Assembly: GCA_036826635.1 (NCBI GenBank)
Contig: DAISVY010000012.1
Location: 9,170 to 73,169, forward strand
Length of the DNA: 64,000 nucleotides
Source: Candidatus Zixiibacteriota bacterium
Lineage (GTDB): Bacteria > Zixibacteria > MSB-5A5 > GN15 > FEB-12
Direction: 5' to 3'
The first letter of the stretch is position 1. Each line of letters begins with the position of its first letter. The notes under the pieces were generated by a model. That model was not told the origin of the DNA. It did not search any database and worked only from the letters and a program-made list of their open reading frames with translations. This document shows positions 63,520 through 64,000 of the stretch, piece after piece. A program made the translations under genes and the position numbers.

Positions 63520-64000
63520 TTATACTCTCAAATGTCGGATCTTCTCCGGATCAACCACGCCCAAACCGAGACGCTCGGCATAGCGCAGATAATCGGTAAA
63601 TATGGGATGCTCGTTCACCTTTACTTCCATGCTTTTACGCTTTTCGACCATCAGATTGTGGCAAACCATATCGAGAGCGAAAGGATCGGTGGCGAAGAAA
63701 AGGCGATTGTAAATATACGCCGCGTCGGCCAGGGCCATCGGTCCGCCGTCGTACTGCGCGCGAAGACCATCGGTGACATTAAGCACCATCTTATCGCGAA
63801 TACACGGAAAAGCCAGCACCTCGGTGCAAACGTCGAAAAACAGCGGTTGGTGCAACCGACCGGTGTTGCATATGGCTCCGTAGCTGACGTTTTTGGTGGC
63901 CATGGAAATACCGTTGCCGGTGTTTTTGAAAACTGGCACGTTGATAATCTTGGTTAATTTTTGTGTCAACAGCTTGCCGAAATACGAATACTTGCCGTTG
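63520..64000 (-). CDS. DUF362-like protein, C-terminal part; the gene starts beyond the right edge
   Basis: The reading frame stays open to nt 64000 (upstream residues ...NGKYSYFGKLLTQKL), so the track's TTG start at 63969 is not the true start. PVFKNTGNGISMATKNVSYG...LNVTDGLRAQYDGGP...FFATDPFALD resembles DUF362 family blocks. Confidence 0.55.
   Translation of the reverse strand, partial: NGKYSYFGKLLTQKLTKIINVPVFKNTGNGISMATKNVSYGAICNTGRLHQPLFFDVCTEVLAFPCIRDKMVLNVTDGLRAQYDGGPMALADAAYIYNRLFFATDPFALDMVCHNLMVEKRKSMEVKVNEHPIFTDYLRYAERLGLGVVDPEKIRHLRV

Noticed and set aside
1-64000. Mobile elements, prophage, defence islands, and tRNA, rRNA or CRISPR loci
   Set aside because: I recognised no integrase, transposase, recombinase, Cas or restriction motif in any frame. 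None of the intergenic regions (447-885, 4633-5009, 14758-14949, 21819-22029, 27404-28038, 59499-59779) shows tRNA-like T-arm/acceptor patterns or terminal inverted repeats. This was an eye scan only, and tRNAscan/Infernal would be needed for certainty.

Overview
The window is gene-dense and GC-rich, with about 43 protein genes. I saw no rRNA, tRNA, CRISPR array, transposase or integrase. It looks like an uncultivated, anaerobic, peptide-fermenting bacterium of the FCB (Bacteroidota-related) radiation, because two secreted proteins end in Por/T9SS type-A C-terminal sorting domains. That placement is inference only. Left third (1-21.8 kb): secreted peptidases (an edge-truncated papain-like enzyme missing from the ORF track, a 1248-aa HExxH metallopeptidase, an S9 peptidase), diaminopropionate ammonia-lyase, a transglutaminase-like lipoprotein, an HI0933-type flavoprotein, an iorA-iorB-buk-ptb-ptb operon, a HAD hydrolase, a porin-like protein and tex. 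22.0-27.4 kb (-): rnfC-D-G-E-A-B, with a small Cys-rich membrane ORF between rnfA and rnfB. Two large operons stand out. (i) 28039-43523 (+) encodes an ABC ATPase, an ABC-2 permease fused to an M1-aminopeptidase-like ectodomain with no HExxH, TolC, a periplasmic adaptor, an RND pump, a second RND pump fused in one 1565-codon ORF to an ABC ATPase domain, and an ABC-2-like permease. That ATPase domain is itself interrupted by a four-helix membrane insertion. (ii) 59498-43545 (-) encodes a 3192-aa T9SS-sorted surface protein, a beta-barrel-TPR fusion, an RsbU-like PP2C phosphatase, a STAS-RsbW fusion, a STAS protein and a cytoplasmic GAF/PAS histidine kinase, all overlapping or only a few nt apart. 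The surface protein has two beta-helix modules, nine Ig-like domains and about 1730 aa of unassigned repeat modules. Right end: tldD-pmbA, a secreted hypothetical protein and a partial DUF362-like gene. The RND-ABC hybrid operon is my top candidate for an undescribed system. The giant-adhesin/partner-switching operon is second. All calls rest on motif recognition in the translations and manual reading of the DNA. No database search was run.
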